A stretch of DNA of 64,000 nt from Alphaproteobacteria bacterium (GTDB taxonomy: Bacteria; Pseudomonadota; Alphaproteobacteria; UBA828). Of this stretch, positions 9,858-18,494 are shown one piece after another. The stretch spans positions 480,001 to 544,000 of the forward strand of contig CBDCQT010000012.1 of assembly GCA_965220745.1 (NCBI GenBank). The letters are read 5' to 3'. Each line of letters begins with the position of its first letter. Position 1 is the stretch's first letter. The position numbers were made by a program, and so were the translations under genes. Below the pieces are notes generated by a model. That model worked only from the letters and a program-made list of their open reading frames with translations, ran no database searches and had not been told where the DNA came from.

Positions 9858-11015
9858 ATGAGCGGGCAGCGGCCATTCCTGATTCGCATGAGCCTCTTCC
9901 TGGCCCTCGTGGTCGGGGTGGTCGTCGTGCTGAGCGACACGCTGGGCGATGCGTTCTTCGCCAATTCGATTCTGAACGGCGTCATCCTTGGCGCGCTGGT
10001 CATCGGCATCGTCTACAATTTCCGCCAGGTCCTGCTGTTGAAGCCGGATACCGCCTGGCTCGCGGCGGTGAAGAGCGACGACGTGCCGGGCGCGGCACCG
10101 CCGTCGTCCGCTCGCAAGCCGCGCCTGCTGGCGCCCCTGGCGACCATGTTGGCAGACCGGCGCGGCCGCATGACGCTCTCTGCCGTTTCGCTCCGCAGCC
10201 TGCTCGACGGCATCGGCTCGCGGCTCGACGAATCGCGCGATCTGTCGCGCTACATGATCGGCCTCCTGATCTTCCTGGGTCTGCTGGGCACGTTCTGGGG
10301 CCTGCTCCAGACCGTGACCTCGGTGGGCGACGTGATCGGCGACCTCTCGGTGGCCAATCAGGACATGCTCGGCGTCTTCGACGACCTCAAGGGCGGCCTC
10401 GAAGCCCCGCTCGAAGGGATGGGCACGGCCTTCAGCTCCTCGCTCTTCGGACTCGCGGGCTCGCTCATCCTGGGCTTTCTCGACCTCCAGGCGAACCAGG
10501 CGCGGAACCGCTTCTACAACGAGCTGGAGGACTGGCTCTCCTCCTATACCCGGCTTACCGGCGGCACGCTCGGCGTGGAGGGCGACCAGTCGGTTCCGGC
10601 CTACGTCAGCGCTCTGCTGGAGAAGACCGCCGACAGCCTAGAGGAGCTGCAACGAACGCTCGCGCGCGGCGAAGAGCAGCGCGCAACCTCCTCGGCCAAC
10701 CTGCTGTCGCTCACCGAGCGCCTGGCCACGCTCACGGACCACATGCGCTCCGAGCAGGACCTCATGGTCAAGCTGGTGGAGAATCAGCTGGAGATGCGGC
10801 CGGTGCTTGAGCGCCTCGCGGCGGGCGCCACCCGACAGGGCGGTCTCGACGAGCCCAGCCGCGCGCATCTGCGCAACCTGGACGTCTATCTTCAGCGGCT
10901 CCTGGAGGAGATGGTCTCCGGGCGCGAGCAGTCCGTCGCCGAGCTTCGCAGCGAGATCAAGCTCCTCGCACGGACCATAGCGGCGGTCGCCGAGAACGAG
11001 CGGCGCCAAAGCTGA
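9858..11015 (+). CDS. MotA/TolQ/ExbB-like proton channel membrane protein
   Basis: LGLLGTFWGL and GMGTAFSSSLFG transmembrane motifs; coiled-coil C-terminus. Confidence 0.88.
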   Translation: MSGQRPFLIRMSLFLALVVGVVVVLSDTLGDAFFANSILNGVILGALVIGIVYNFRQVLLLKPDTAWLAAVKSDDVPGAAPPSSARKPRLLAPLATMLADRRGRMTLSAVSLRSLLDGIGSRLDESRDLSRYMIGLLIFLGLLGTFWGLLQTVTSVGDVIGDLSVANQDMLGVFDDLKGGLEAPLEGMGTAFSSSLFGLAGSLILGFLDLQANQARNRFYNELEDWLSSYTRLTGGTLGVEGDQSVPAYVSALLEKTADSLEELQRTLARGEEQRATSSANLLSLTERLATLTDHMRSEQDLMVKLVENQLEMRPVLERLAAGATRQGGLDEPSRAHLRNLDVYLQRLLEEMVSGREQSVAELRSEIKLLARTIAAVAENERRQS

Positions 11016-11033
11016 GCGCGGGAGGCCCGCCCG

Positions 11034-12464
11034 GTGTTTGCCGCATCGCGCCTGAAACGAAGGGGCTCTAGCGCCGACTACTGGCCGGGCTTCGTCGACC
11101 TGATGTCGACGCTGCTCCTGGTGATGATCTTCCTGCTCGTCGTCTACATGCTGGCGCAGTACTTCCTGCAGCGCACCCTGTCCGAGGAAACCGAGGCGAA
11201 GGACGACCTCAACGCCCAGCTCAACAGTCTCGACGAGACGCTCGCCCTCGAGCAGCAGGCCAACGCGGATCTCAGGATCAATATCGCCCAGCTCGCGGAT
11301 CAGCTTCAGAGCTCGCTTTCGGTTCGGGACCAGCTCATCGCCGAGCTTTCGATGATCACCGGCGAGCGCGACACGCTCCAGCTGCGTCTCAGGGAGATGA
11401 CGGGGGAGGGGCAGTCCGCGCTCGCCGAAGCAGCCCAGGCCTCCATCAGGGCGGATGCCGGCGAGGAGAAGATCAAGGTTCTGCTCTCCGACGTCGAGCG
11501 CCTGCGCCGCGACATCGACGCGCTGAACGCGGTGCGCCGGGATCTCGAGTCCAAGGTCGGGATAATGGCGGCGGCGCTGATCGAGAGCCGGGGCGAGCTC
11601 GGCCAGAGCGAAGAGGAGACGGCAGCCGTGCGGGCCGATCTCTCCGCGCAGCGCGACACCACGGCGGAGCTCGAAGCGCGCCTCTCCGACGAGCAGGAGC
11701 GCACGGTGCTCGCCCAGCGCACGCTGGAGGAGCGGGAAATCCGCCTCGCCGAGGTGCAGGCCCTTCACCTCGCGGCCCAGTCCTCGTACGACAGCACCCA
11801 GGCGGCACTGGACGAGAACCGCCAGCTCAGCGCGCGCCAGCGCGACCAGATCGCCGTGCTCAACCAGCAGATCGACGCGCTCAGGGCGCAGCTCGGGCGC
11901 GTCGAGGAAGCCCTGCAGATCTCGGAGCGCAAGACCCAGGAACAGGACGTGACGATCGCCAACCTGGGCCAGCGCCTCAACATGGCGCTCGCCGCCAAGG
12001 TCGAGGAACTCGCCGCTTACCGCTCCGAGTTCTTCGGCCGGCTCCGGGAGGTGCTGAGCGACCGGCGCGACTTCACCATCATCGGCGACCGCTTCGTCTT
12101 CCAGTCCGAGGTTCTGTTCGCCCCCGCCTCCGACGAGCTGGGCCCGGAAGGTCACGACAAGTTGGCGAAGTTTGCACAGGTCCTCAGGGACGTGATGGTT
12201 CAGATTCCGTCTGATCTGCCCTGGATCCTGCAGGTCGATGGCCACACCGACAGCCGGCCGATACAGACGGCCCGCTTCCCGTCCAACTGGGAGCTCTCGG
12301 CGGCGCGCGCGATCTCGGTGGTGAACTTCCTCGTCGCCCTCGGCATCCCGCCCGAGCACCTGAGCGCCGCTGGCTACGGCGAGTTCCAGCCTCTCGACGC
12401 GCGCGAGGACGAGATCGCCTATCGCCGCAACCGTCGCATCGAACTCAAGCTGACCCAGCGATAG
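11034..12464 (+). CDS. MotB/OmpA-like peptidoglycan-binding protein with long coiled coil
   Basis: WPGFVD TM helix containing Asp; C-terminal GHTD...NWELSAARA...NRRIE OmpA-like domain. Confidence 0.9.
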   Translation: MFAASRLKRRGSSADYWPGFVDLMSTLLLVMIFLLVVYMLAQYFLQRTLSEETEAKDDLNAQLNSLDETLALEQQANADLRINIAQLADQLQSSLSVRDQLIAELSMITGERDTLQLRLREMTGEGQSALAEAAQASIRADAGEEKIKVLLSDVERLRRDIDALNAVRRDLESKVGIMAAALIESRGELGQSEEETAAVRADLSAQRDTTAELEARLSDEQERTVLAQRTLEEREIRLAEVQALHLAAQSSYDSTQAALDENRQLSARQRDQIAVLNQQIDALRAQLGRVEEALQISERKTQEQDVTIANLGQRLNMALAAKVEELAAYRSEFFGRLREVLSDRRDFTIIGDRFVFQSEVLFAPASDELGPEGHDKLAKFAQVLRDVMVQIPSDLPWILQVDGHTDSRPIQTARFPSNWELSAARAISVVNFLVALGIPPEHLSAAGYGEFQPLDAREDEIAYRRNRRIELKLTQR

Positions 12465-12570
12465 AGCGAGTCCGTCTTTGACGGACTCGCGACAGGCCGC
12501 GACCGCGGCCCGCCGCTCCTGCGGCGCCCTCGCGGAGGCGCCGGCCGTAGGCCGGCTGCCGTGAGCGACA
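12462..12570 (+). repeat. Multi-hairpin intergenic repeat family R1, copy A (short form, lacks terminal hairpin)
   Basis: TAGAGCGAGTCCGTC-TTT-GACGGACTCGCGACAGGCCGCG...GCTGCCGTGAGCGA; homologous to 21685-21857, 37278-37454 and 43729-43875. Confidence 0.9.
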
Positions 12571-12584
12571 AATGCTTCAAGGGA

Positions 12585-14459
12585 TCACCCGGCCGCGCTG
12601 CGGGGCGCGGCGGCGAGGGCGTCTCGCGCCGAATCCTCTTCGCGCCCGTCGTCGAACTGGAGCGCCGCGAGCCTCGCGTAGAGCCCGCCGCGCGCCATCA
12701 GCGCCCGGTGCGTCCCCTCGGCGACCACGCGGCCCTCGTCCATCACCACGATGCGGTCCGCCTTCTGCACGGTGGCGAGGCGATGCGCGATGACGATGGT
12801 GGTCCGCCCCGCCATCAGCCGCTCCAGCGCCGCCTGCACCGCGCGCTCGCTCTCGGCGTCCAGCGCGCTAGTGGCCTCGTCGAGCAGCAGCACCGCCGGG
12901 TTGCGCAGCACGGCGCGGGCGATCGCGAGCCGCTGCTTCTGCCCGCCCGAGAGCCGGGTGCCCTTCTCGCCGAGGAAGGTATCAAAACCCTCCGGCAGGC
13001 TGTCGAGGAAGGCCGCCGCGCCCGCCGCCTCCGCCGCGGCGCGGACCTCCTCGTCGCTCGCCTCGGGCCGGCCGAAGCGGATGTTCTCCCGCGCGCTCGT
13101 CGCAAACATCACCGCATCCTGCGGTACCAGCGCGAAGGAGCGCCGCACCGCCTCCAGCGAGGCCTCCCGCAGGTCGACCCCGTCGAGCACGACGCGCCCG
13201 TCCTCGGGGTCGTAGAAGCGCAGCAGGAGGTTGAAGACGGTCGACTTGCCCGCGCCCGAGGGACCCACCAGGGCGACCGTCTCGCCCGGCGCAACGGCCA
13301 GCGAGAAGCCCTCCAGCGCCGGCGCGTCCGGCCGAGCGGGGTAGTGGAAGGTGGCGCGGTCCAGCTTCACGGCGCCCTGCTGCGGCTCCAGCAGCGGCTT
13401 CGTCACCGCAGGCGCGGGCGCGAGCGCGGGCTCCTCGTTGAGCAGCTCGGCCAGCCGCTCAGCGGCACCGGCGGCGTGCTGCAGGTCGCCGTAAACCTCG
13501 CTGAGCGAGCCCACCGAGCCCGCGACCACCACGGCGTAGAACATGAAGGCGGTCATCTCGCCGCCGGTCATCTCGCCCTGCAGCACCGTGGTGCCGGCGA
13601 TCCAGAGCACGAGGCCCACGCCGCAGAAGACCAGCAGGATGACGATCGCCGTCAGCGTCGCCCGTGCCTGCACGCGCCGCAGCGCCGCGCGGAACGCCGC
13701 CTCCACGTGGTCGCCGAAGCGCTCGCCGCTCCGCTCCTCCTGGCCGAAGGCCTGCACGGTGCGGATGCCGCCGAGCGCTTCCTCCATGTGCCCGCCGACA
13801 TCGCCCACGCGGTCCTGGGCGAGGCGGGAGAAGCGCCGCACGCGCCGGCCGAGCACGACGATGGGGATCACCACCACGGGCACCATCAGCACCACGAAGC
13901 CGGTGAGCGTCGGGCTCGTCACGATAAGCATGGCACTGGCCCCGAGGAACAGCAGCAGGTTGCGCAGCGCCGACGACGCCTGCTGGCCGATCACGGTCTG
14001 CAGCAGGGTGGTGTCGGTGGTGATGCGCGACAGCAGCTCCCCCACCTTGTTGATCTCGAAGAAGGCCGGGCTCAGCCCCACAAGGCGGCGGAAGACTGCC
14101 CGCCTTATGTCGGCCACCACCCGCTCGCCGAGCCAGGAGACGAGGTAGAAGCGCGCAAACGAGCCGCCCGCCAGCAGCGCCACCATGCCCGCCATGTAGA
14201 TCAGCGCATGGTGGAGCCGCGAGATCTCCTCCGCGCTGAGGCCGTCGTCGATCAGGACCCGGAGCCCCTGGCCCATCGCGAGCACCGCCGCGGCGCTGAC
14301 GCAGAGCGCGAAGACCGCCGCCACGATCACTCCGCGGTAGGGCCGGAGGAAGCGGAACAGGTAGCGGATACGGCGGATCTCGCCACGCGGCGGCAGGGCT
14401 GACGACGCCGGCGAATCGCCGGAGCGCCGCCGCCTCGCTTCCGATCCGAAGATGCTCAC
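12585..14459 (-). CDS. ABC exporter, fused permease/ATPase (MsbA-like family)
   Basis: N-terminal TM domain, [32 protein letters not shown]. Confidence 0.93.
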   Translation of the reverse strand: MSIFGSEARRRRSGDSPASSALPPRGEIRRIRYLFRFLRPYRGVIVAAVFALCVSAAAVLAMGQGLRVLIDDGLSAEEISRLHHALIYMAGMVALLAGGSFARFYLVSWLGERVVADIRRAVFRRLVGLSPAFFEINKVGELLSRITTDTTLLQTVIGQQASSALRNLLLFLGASAMLIVTSPTLTGFVVLMVPVVVIPIVVLGRRVRRFSRLAQDRVGDVGGHMEEALGGIRTVQAFGQEERSGERFGDHVEAAFRAALRRVQARATLTAIVILLVFCGVGLVLWIAGTTVLQGEMTGGEMTAFMFYAVVVAGSVGSLSEVYGDLQHAAGAAERLAELLNEEPALAPAPAVTKPLLEPQQGAVKLDRATFHYPARPDAPALEGFSLAVAPGETVALVGPSGAGKSTVFNLLLRFYDPEDGRVVLDGVDLREASLEAVRRSFALVPQDAVMFATSARENIRFGRPEASDEEVRAAAEAAGAAAFLDSLPEGFDTFLGEKGTRLSGGQKQRLAIARAVLRNPAVLLLDEATSALDAESERAVQAALERLMAGRTTIVIAHRLATVQKADRIVVMDEGRVVAEGTHRALMARGGLYARLAALQFDDGREEDSARDALAAAPRSAAG

Positions 14460-14575
14460 CGCTGCCGCCCCCCGTTCTGGTGGCGGCACGATATCCGAGT
14501 CGCGGCGGAGCCAATAGCCGCTTGCGCCGGGCGCGCCGCGTCTATATGAAAGCCGCGCGACAAGCGGGGCCCGCC

Positions 14576-14800
14576 ATGAAGAAAGACATTCATCCCGATT
14601 ACCACGAGATCACCGTCGTCCGGACCGACGGCAGCACCTTTACCACGCGGTCCACGTGGGGCAAGGCGGGCGACACGCTCACCCTCGATATCGACCCGCT
14701 GTCGCACCCGGTGTGGACAGGTGGGGCCCAGCGCATCGTCGACCGCGGCGGCCAGGTCTCGCGCTTCAACAAGCGCTTCGGCGACTTCGGGCTGAACTAA
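14576..14800 (+). CDS. rpmE: 50S ribosomal protein L31 (Cys-less form)
   Basis: [10 protein letters not shown]...HPVWTG...RFNKRF. Confidence 0.97.
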   Translation: MKKDIHPDYHEITVVRTDGSTFTTRSTWGKAGDTLTLDIDPLSHPVWTGGAQRIVDRGGQVSRFNKRFGDFGLN

Positions 14801-14864
14801 GTCTCGCACGCGCGAAGCGTGGTGCGCGCGAAACCAAGAGCCGCGCACGCCTAACTTCCCCAAC

Positions 14865-14894
14865 CGTCATGGCCGGACTCGTTCCGGCCAACCA
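14865..14894 (+). repeat. CGTC-type REP palindrome (family R2)
   Basis: CGTCATGGCCGGA-CTCGT-TCCGGCCA; related copies near 18427, 18952, 34212, 34276 and 35850. Confidence 0.8.
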
Positions 14895-14990
14895 TGTCCT
14901 GCTCGTCTGAGGCCCGTGTTCCGAAGGGTCATGTACCCAAGAGCGGCCTCGTGTCTCGTCGGCCCGGTGGGATTATCCCAAATGTTAATT

Positions 14991-15051
14991 TTAGGCGGCC
15001 TATTCCGGCCCACTCCGGCCCAAAGTGGCCCAAGGTGGCCCAAGGTCGCCC
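14991..15051. repeat. Array of degenerate 10-bp-period units (GGCC/CGCC core) after an AT tract
   Basis: GGCC at 14997, 15007, 15017, 15027 and 15037, CGCC at 15047. Confidence 0.75.
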
Positions 15052-15083
15052 ACGCGACAAAATTAGGGGATTATATACCGACC

Positions 15084-15113
15084 TTGACATCTGAGCGCAA
15101 TTCCCCGTAGCCT
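15084..15113 (+). promoter_or_regulatory. Putative inward-facing sigma70 promoter with -35 in the left TIR
   Basis: TTGACA (15084-15089), 18-nt spacer, TAGCCT (15108-15113); predicted start near 15120 coincides with the first base of a long stem. Confidence 0.6.
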
Positions 15114-15119
15114 CCTCCC

Positions 15120-15240
15120 TGCAACGTTACGCGGACCCGCTTGTCGGGTCGCCCGCTGAATAGAACAGCCCTTGATCCGGCCGGGGTAGCTCCCCGGCTT
15201 GGCGAATAGGCGGGGCTTCACGCTTCCGTGTGACGTTGCA
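15120..15240 (+). ncRNA. Putative structured RNA or 5' leader of unknown family inside the IS1595 element
   Basis: 16-bp closing stem TGCAACGTTACGCGGA/TCCGTGTGACGTTGCA with two G-U pairs, enclosing CCCGCTTGT/ATAGGCGGG, GCTG/CAGC and GCCGGGG-TAGCT-CCCCGGC helices. Confidence 0.55.
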
Positions 15241-15293
15241 ACGGCCCGGCGCCAGGCGCCAAGGGGCGCGGCCGGTCCACGGGAGATGGACCT

Positions 15294-16610
15294 ATGCTCA
15301 GAACATCGTTGATCGCCGTAGCGTGCGCTGCGGCCGTGATAGCGCTTGCCGCCTGCGGCGGTGGGGGCGGGGGCAGTGGTGAGCGGCCATCCGTCCACCA
15401 CGATATTGTCGGGGTCGACCAAGGCCTCGAGTCTTTTCGAGGGCTGCCGTCAGCCGGCGCGCGCGGCGGTGTGGCGATCCGCTACGGCACTCGCACTGAT
15501 GGCGTGGGTCGCGACGCCTTGGTCGCCTATCTCACCGAAGCCGGCGCCACGACAGCACGCTGGTACGACGTGCCGCCGGACATTCGGGTGATCGGCCCCT
15601 CGACGGCGCGGGAAAAGCAACTCGTGACCGAGGTCGTCGAGGCGATCAACCTATCGCTGCCGCCTGAGCACCGGATCAAGCTCAGGACGCCCGTGGCAGG
15701 GCTCAGCCTGCGCCACACGGTGAATGCCGCTGGCCGCTACTTCCGGGGGAGAGATCACCGCCCGAACACGATCCATATCGAGTTCCTCGACTGCCACGAT
15801 TACCACGACTGTGGCACCTCCGGCGCCACCGCCTGGGGCAACGGGTCCGACCTTCACGCCTACGTCCAGATGGCACGAGGAACACCCGCCTATGGCCGGG
15901 ATGATTGGGCACGCATCCTTCTGGCGCACGAGCTCCTGCACACCCTGCTTGCGGACGAGCATGTCAGCGAGCGCTTCGACTCGATCAATCTGGGCTCCAA
16001 TGCCATCTACGCGGCCGGGCCAGCCTCTATCCTCAAGCCGATCGACCGTGAAGCGCTCCAGGCGCTCTACGGGCACCTCGAACTGCACGACAGCCCAACG
16101 GCCCTCGGCCCTTGGTCGAGCACCTCGACGCATTTCATCGGTGACGGGCGCCATGCCGACTTCGGCGTTGCGCTGAGAAACGGCTACGCGGAGCCGTGGG
16201 CGCGCGGTGCCCGGCCTTCCTCCACGCTCGCGAACAACCGCGCCCTCTTGGGAACGGTCATCTGGGATGGCGCGCTGGTCGGCTTCTCGGGGCACCAATC
16301 CGTCACGGGCGATGCCTTGATCTCCGTCGACCTGACCGTGCTCGATGCTCCCTTGCCCGAGCTCGACGGCAGTGCCGTCTTCACGGCGCTCGAATACTGG
16401 CATCACCCCGAAGCCGACGATCCGTTGGGCGGCTCGATGTGGGGCGACGGCGATCTCGCCTACACGATCACCGTGGACGGCAACACCTTCCGAGAAACTG
16501 GCGGGGATGATGGTAGACTCACGGGGATCTTCACCGGCCGTTCCCATGAAGGAGCCGCCGGCACCTTGGAGCGGTCCGACCTCATCGCAGCCTTCGGCGC
16601 TTCACGCTGA
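15294..16610 (+). CDS. Passenger lipoprotein: metzincin-like HExxH domain plus C-terminal TbpB/fHbp-like beta-barrel
   Basis: Lipobox LAAC followed by poly-Gly; AHELLHTL and DREALQALYG; C-terminus GRLTGIFTGRSHEGAAGTLERSDLIAAFGASR. Confidence 0.8.
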   Translation: MLRTSLIAVACAAAVIALAACGGGGGGSGERPSVHHDIVGVDQGLESFRGLPSAGARGGVAIRYGTRTDGVGRDALVAYLTEAGATTARWYDVPPDIRVIGPSTAREKQLVTEVVEAINLSLPPEHRIKLRTPVAGLSLRHTVNAAGRYFRGRDHRPNTIHIEFLDCHDYHDCGTSGATAWGNGSDLHAYVQMARGTPAYGRDDWARILLAHELLHTLLADEHVSERFDSINLGSNAIYAAGPASILKPIDREALQALYGHLELHDSPTALGPWSSTSTHFIGDGRHADFGVALRNGYAEPWARGARPSSTLANNRALLGTVIWDGALVGFSGHQSVTGDALISVDLTVLDAPLPELDGSAVFTALEYWHHPEADDPLGGSMWGDGDLAYTITVDGNTFRETGGDDGRLTGIFTGRSHEGAAGTLERSDLIAAFGASR

Positions 16611-16627
16611 CCATCGGGAAAGAGATC

Positions 16628-16783
16628 ATGGCGAAACAGACCGGCGAGACAGACTTGCTCACCTTGGCGATGCGCCGCGCGCACGCGGAGGCGGCAGAAA
16701 GGCGGGAGCCGGAACTCCCGCCCGATACCGAAAATGCTTCAGCCGCGGATGTTGCTGACGACCAGAATGTTGCCGTCGAGTAG
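16628..16783 (+). CDS. Small acidic passenger ORF (51 aa), hypothetical
   Basis: ATG 17 nt after the lipoprotein stop with purine-rich GGGAAAGAG upstream; MAKQTGETDLLTLAMRRAHAEAAE...; not in the ORF track. Confidence 0.45.
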   Translation: MAKQTGETDLLTLAMRRAHAEAAERREPELPPDTENASAADVADDQNVAVE

Positions 16784-16957
16784 CTTGGTCTCGTTGATCA
16801 AACCGCCCAATAGTCCCCGGTGGACCGCGCCAATGACGGTGGTCTCGACCGCCTCGTGACTGGCGCCGGGGAGCTGCGCGGCAAGGTCTTCGACGGTGTT
16901 GAACTGGCGGCCTCGGCAAGCCGCAAGGACGCGCTGTAGCAGCGGTGTCTGGGACAC
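16739..16957 (-). CDS. Small passenger protein (72 aa), possible winged-helix fold
   Basis: AAGGAG 7 nt before GTG; helix-helix-helix-hairpin pattern (TVEDLAAQL, SHEAVETTVIGAVHRGLL). Confidence 0.55.
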   Translation of the reverse strand: MSQTPLLQRVLAACRGRQFNTVEDLAAQLPGASHEAVETTVIGAVHRGLLGGLINETKLLDGNILVVSNIRG

Positions 16958-17169
16958 AGAAGGTCTCCTTGATCTGGAGACCGCCTAACGCCATGCTATG
17001 GAGATTGCGTTTCAGCATGTGCCCGCAGCGGTCTCGTGAGCCATGTGCGGGTGCCGGGAGTTCCCCTGCCAGGGGGTAGGCCCGACCGTCGAGCATCATC
17101 TTAGCCGATGGTGCTCGATGTGTCTTCAGGGTAGTGGCCGCAACTTGTCGACCGTCAAGATGTAGGGGG

Positions 17170-18153
17170 TCAGGCGCTGCGTGCGCCGCTTGACAGGCCG
17201 TTGTCGGCGATCAGCGCGCTGTACGCCAGATGCTTGCCCACCATGTGCGTGACGGCGGTTTCCATCTGCTCGATGGTGTCGGCCTCGCGCACGTTGTGCC
17301 GGCCCGAGAACTCGTTGATGTACCGCTCAAGATGCTTCTGGCTCATCTTGTGGTAGGTACCGTGGTAGCCGCGCTTCAGCATCGCCCAGAAGCTCTCCAT
17401 GCCGTTGCAGTGTGCCTGTCCCCGGACATATTCGCCGGCGCTGTGGTTCACGGCCTCATGGTCGAACCATGCCGCCAGTGCGTTGTACGCCTTCGACTCG
17501 TCGGTGTAGACCGTGGCGCCGGGCTTGGTCCGCTCCGCGACGAAGCCCGCGACATGGGGAGTGTCGGTACCGGCGACGTGGCGAGCGGCGACCTTGTTGC
17601 TCTCGCGATCCTTGGTCCCAACGACTGCGGCCTTGCCGACCGCTCCCCGGCCCGTCAGCTTCACCCGCTTGCTCTTGGGCATGTTCTTCCGCCTGCCGCC
17701 GATATAGACCTCATCGGCCTCCACGGGCCCGGAAAACGGCGCCGCACCGTTGTCGTCCCACGCTTCCCGCAGGCGATGCAGCATGAACCAGGCCGTCTTC
17801 TGGGTCACCTTCAGGTCGCGATGCAGCTTCATGCTGCTCACACCCTTCAGGTTGGTGACGTAGAGGTAGACCGCGAACACCCACTTGCGCAGCGGCAGGC
17901 GGGAGCTTTGCAGCATGGAGCCGGTGCGGACGGAGAAGTAGGACCGGCACGACTTGCACCAGTAGGGCATCGGCTTCGCGTTCGGCACTTCCTTCGTCTC
18001 GGTCGATCCGCAATGGCCGCAGTGGCGCTCGCCGTCCGGCCAGCGCGTATCCTCAAACCACTTCACTGCCGAGGCTTCGTCGGGGAACATCTCGGTCAGT
18101 TCGATGATCGAAATGCCTTCGCGGTGGGCTTTTCCAGGTGCTTTGCGGGTCAT
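17170..18153 (-). CDS. IS1595-family DDE transposase
   Basis: Zn ribbon CGHC...CKSC, KTAWFMLHRLR, EADEVYIGG, YTDE, NGMESFW, YINEFSGRHN. Confidence 0.96.
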   Translation of the reverse strand: MTRKAPGKAHREGISIIELTEMFPDEASAVKWFEDTRWPDGERHCGHCGSTETKEVPNAKPMPYWCKSCRSYFSVRTGSMLQSSRLPLRKWVFAVYLYVTNLKGVSSMKLHRDLKVTQKTAWFMLHRLREAWDDNGAAPFSGPVEADEVYIGGRRKNMPKSKRVKLTGRGAVGKAAVVGTKDRESNKVAARHVAGTDTPHVAGFVAERTKPGATVYTDESKAYNALAAWFDHEAVNHSAGEYVRGQAHCNGMESFWAMLKRGYHGTYHKMSQKHLERYINEFSGRHNVREADTIEQMETAVTHMVGKHLAYSALIADNGLSSGARSA

Positions 18154-18178
18154 TTCTCGTCTCCCCCTTACACCTTGG

Positions 18179-18207
18179 AATATAGGCACTTACCCCTCGA
18201 TTGTCAA
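18179..18207 (-). promoter_or_regulatory. Transposase promoter with -35 in the right TIR
   Basis: Minus strand TTGACA, 17-nt spacer, TATATT, then AAGGGGGAG before the ATG at 18153. Confidence 0.75.
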
Positions 18208-18262
18208 GGTCGGTATATAATCCCCCAAAATTATCGCAACCACGGAAGCAGAGGCCCGCCCG

Positions 18263-18396
18263 CCCATCGATCTTGCTTGCCGTGACCCGCTCGCTCTCGC
18301 ACTGCGTCGCGCGGATACGCGCGCGGGAAAATAATCGAACCATCTCGCGATCCTGACGCAGTCACCGCGCCCTGTGCACCGCACCATGGTCCGGGG
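18263..18396. repeat. 134-bp repeat family R3, copy 1
   Basis: Ungapped match to 34062-34195 (18 mismatches by manual count). Confidence 0.88.
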
Positions 18397-18426
18397 AGTC
18401 GGGAGGGGAGGAGTCCCACCATGTCT

Positions 18427-18451
18427 TGCCCGGACCAAGTCCGGCACGACG
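18427..18451 (-). repeat. Degenerate CGTC-type REP (R2)
   Basis: TGCCCGGAC-CAA-GTCCGGCACGACG. Confidence 0.65.
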
Positions 18452-18494
18452 GCATGTGACAGCGATGGAATGGAGAGAGCGCCCCGGCTCTTCC

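Larger units (their letters stand above)
15066..18225 (-). mobile_element. Complete IS1595-family element with passenger genes (probably ISNwi1-like group), 3,160 bp
   Basis: Perfect 24-bp TIRs GGGGATTATATACCGACCTTGACA (15066-15089 and 18202-18225); 8-bp direct repeat CAAAATTA (15058-15065 and 18226-18233); intact transposase. Confidence 0.96.

Noticed and set aside
9858-12464. Zorya anti-phage system or flagellar stator
   Set aside because: No ZorC/D/E-like or flagellar genes are adjacent; the pair sits among housekeeping genes near rpmE.
14991-15051. CRISPR array
   Set aside because: Units are 10 bp, degenerate and have no spacers; no cas genes in the window.
18300-18362. R3 core as a hammerhead ribozyme
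   Set aside because: A three-way junction and a GUC are present, but the CUGANGA and GAAA core is not correctly placed on either strand.
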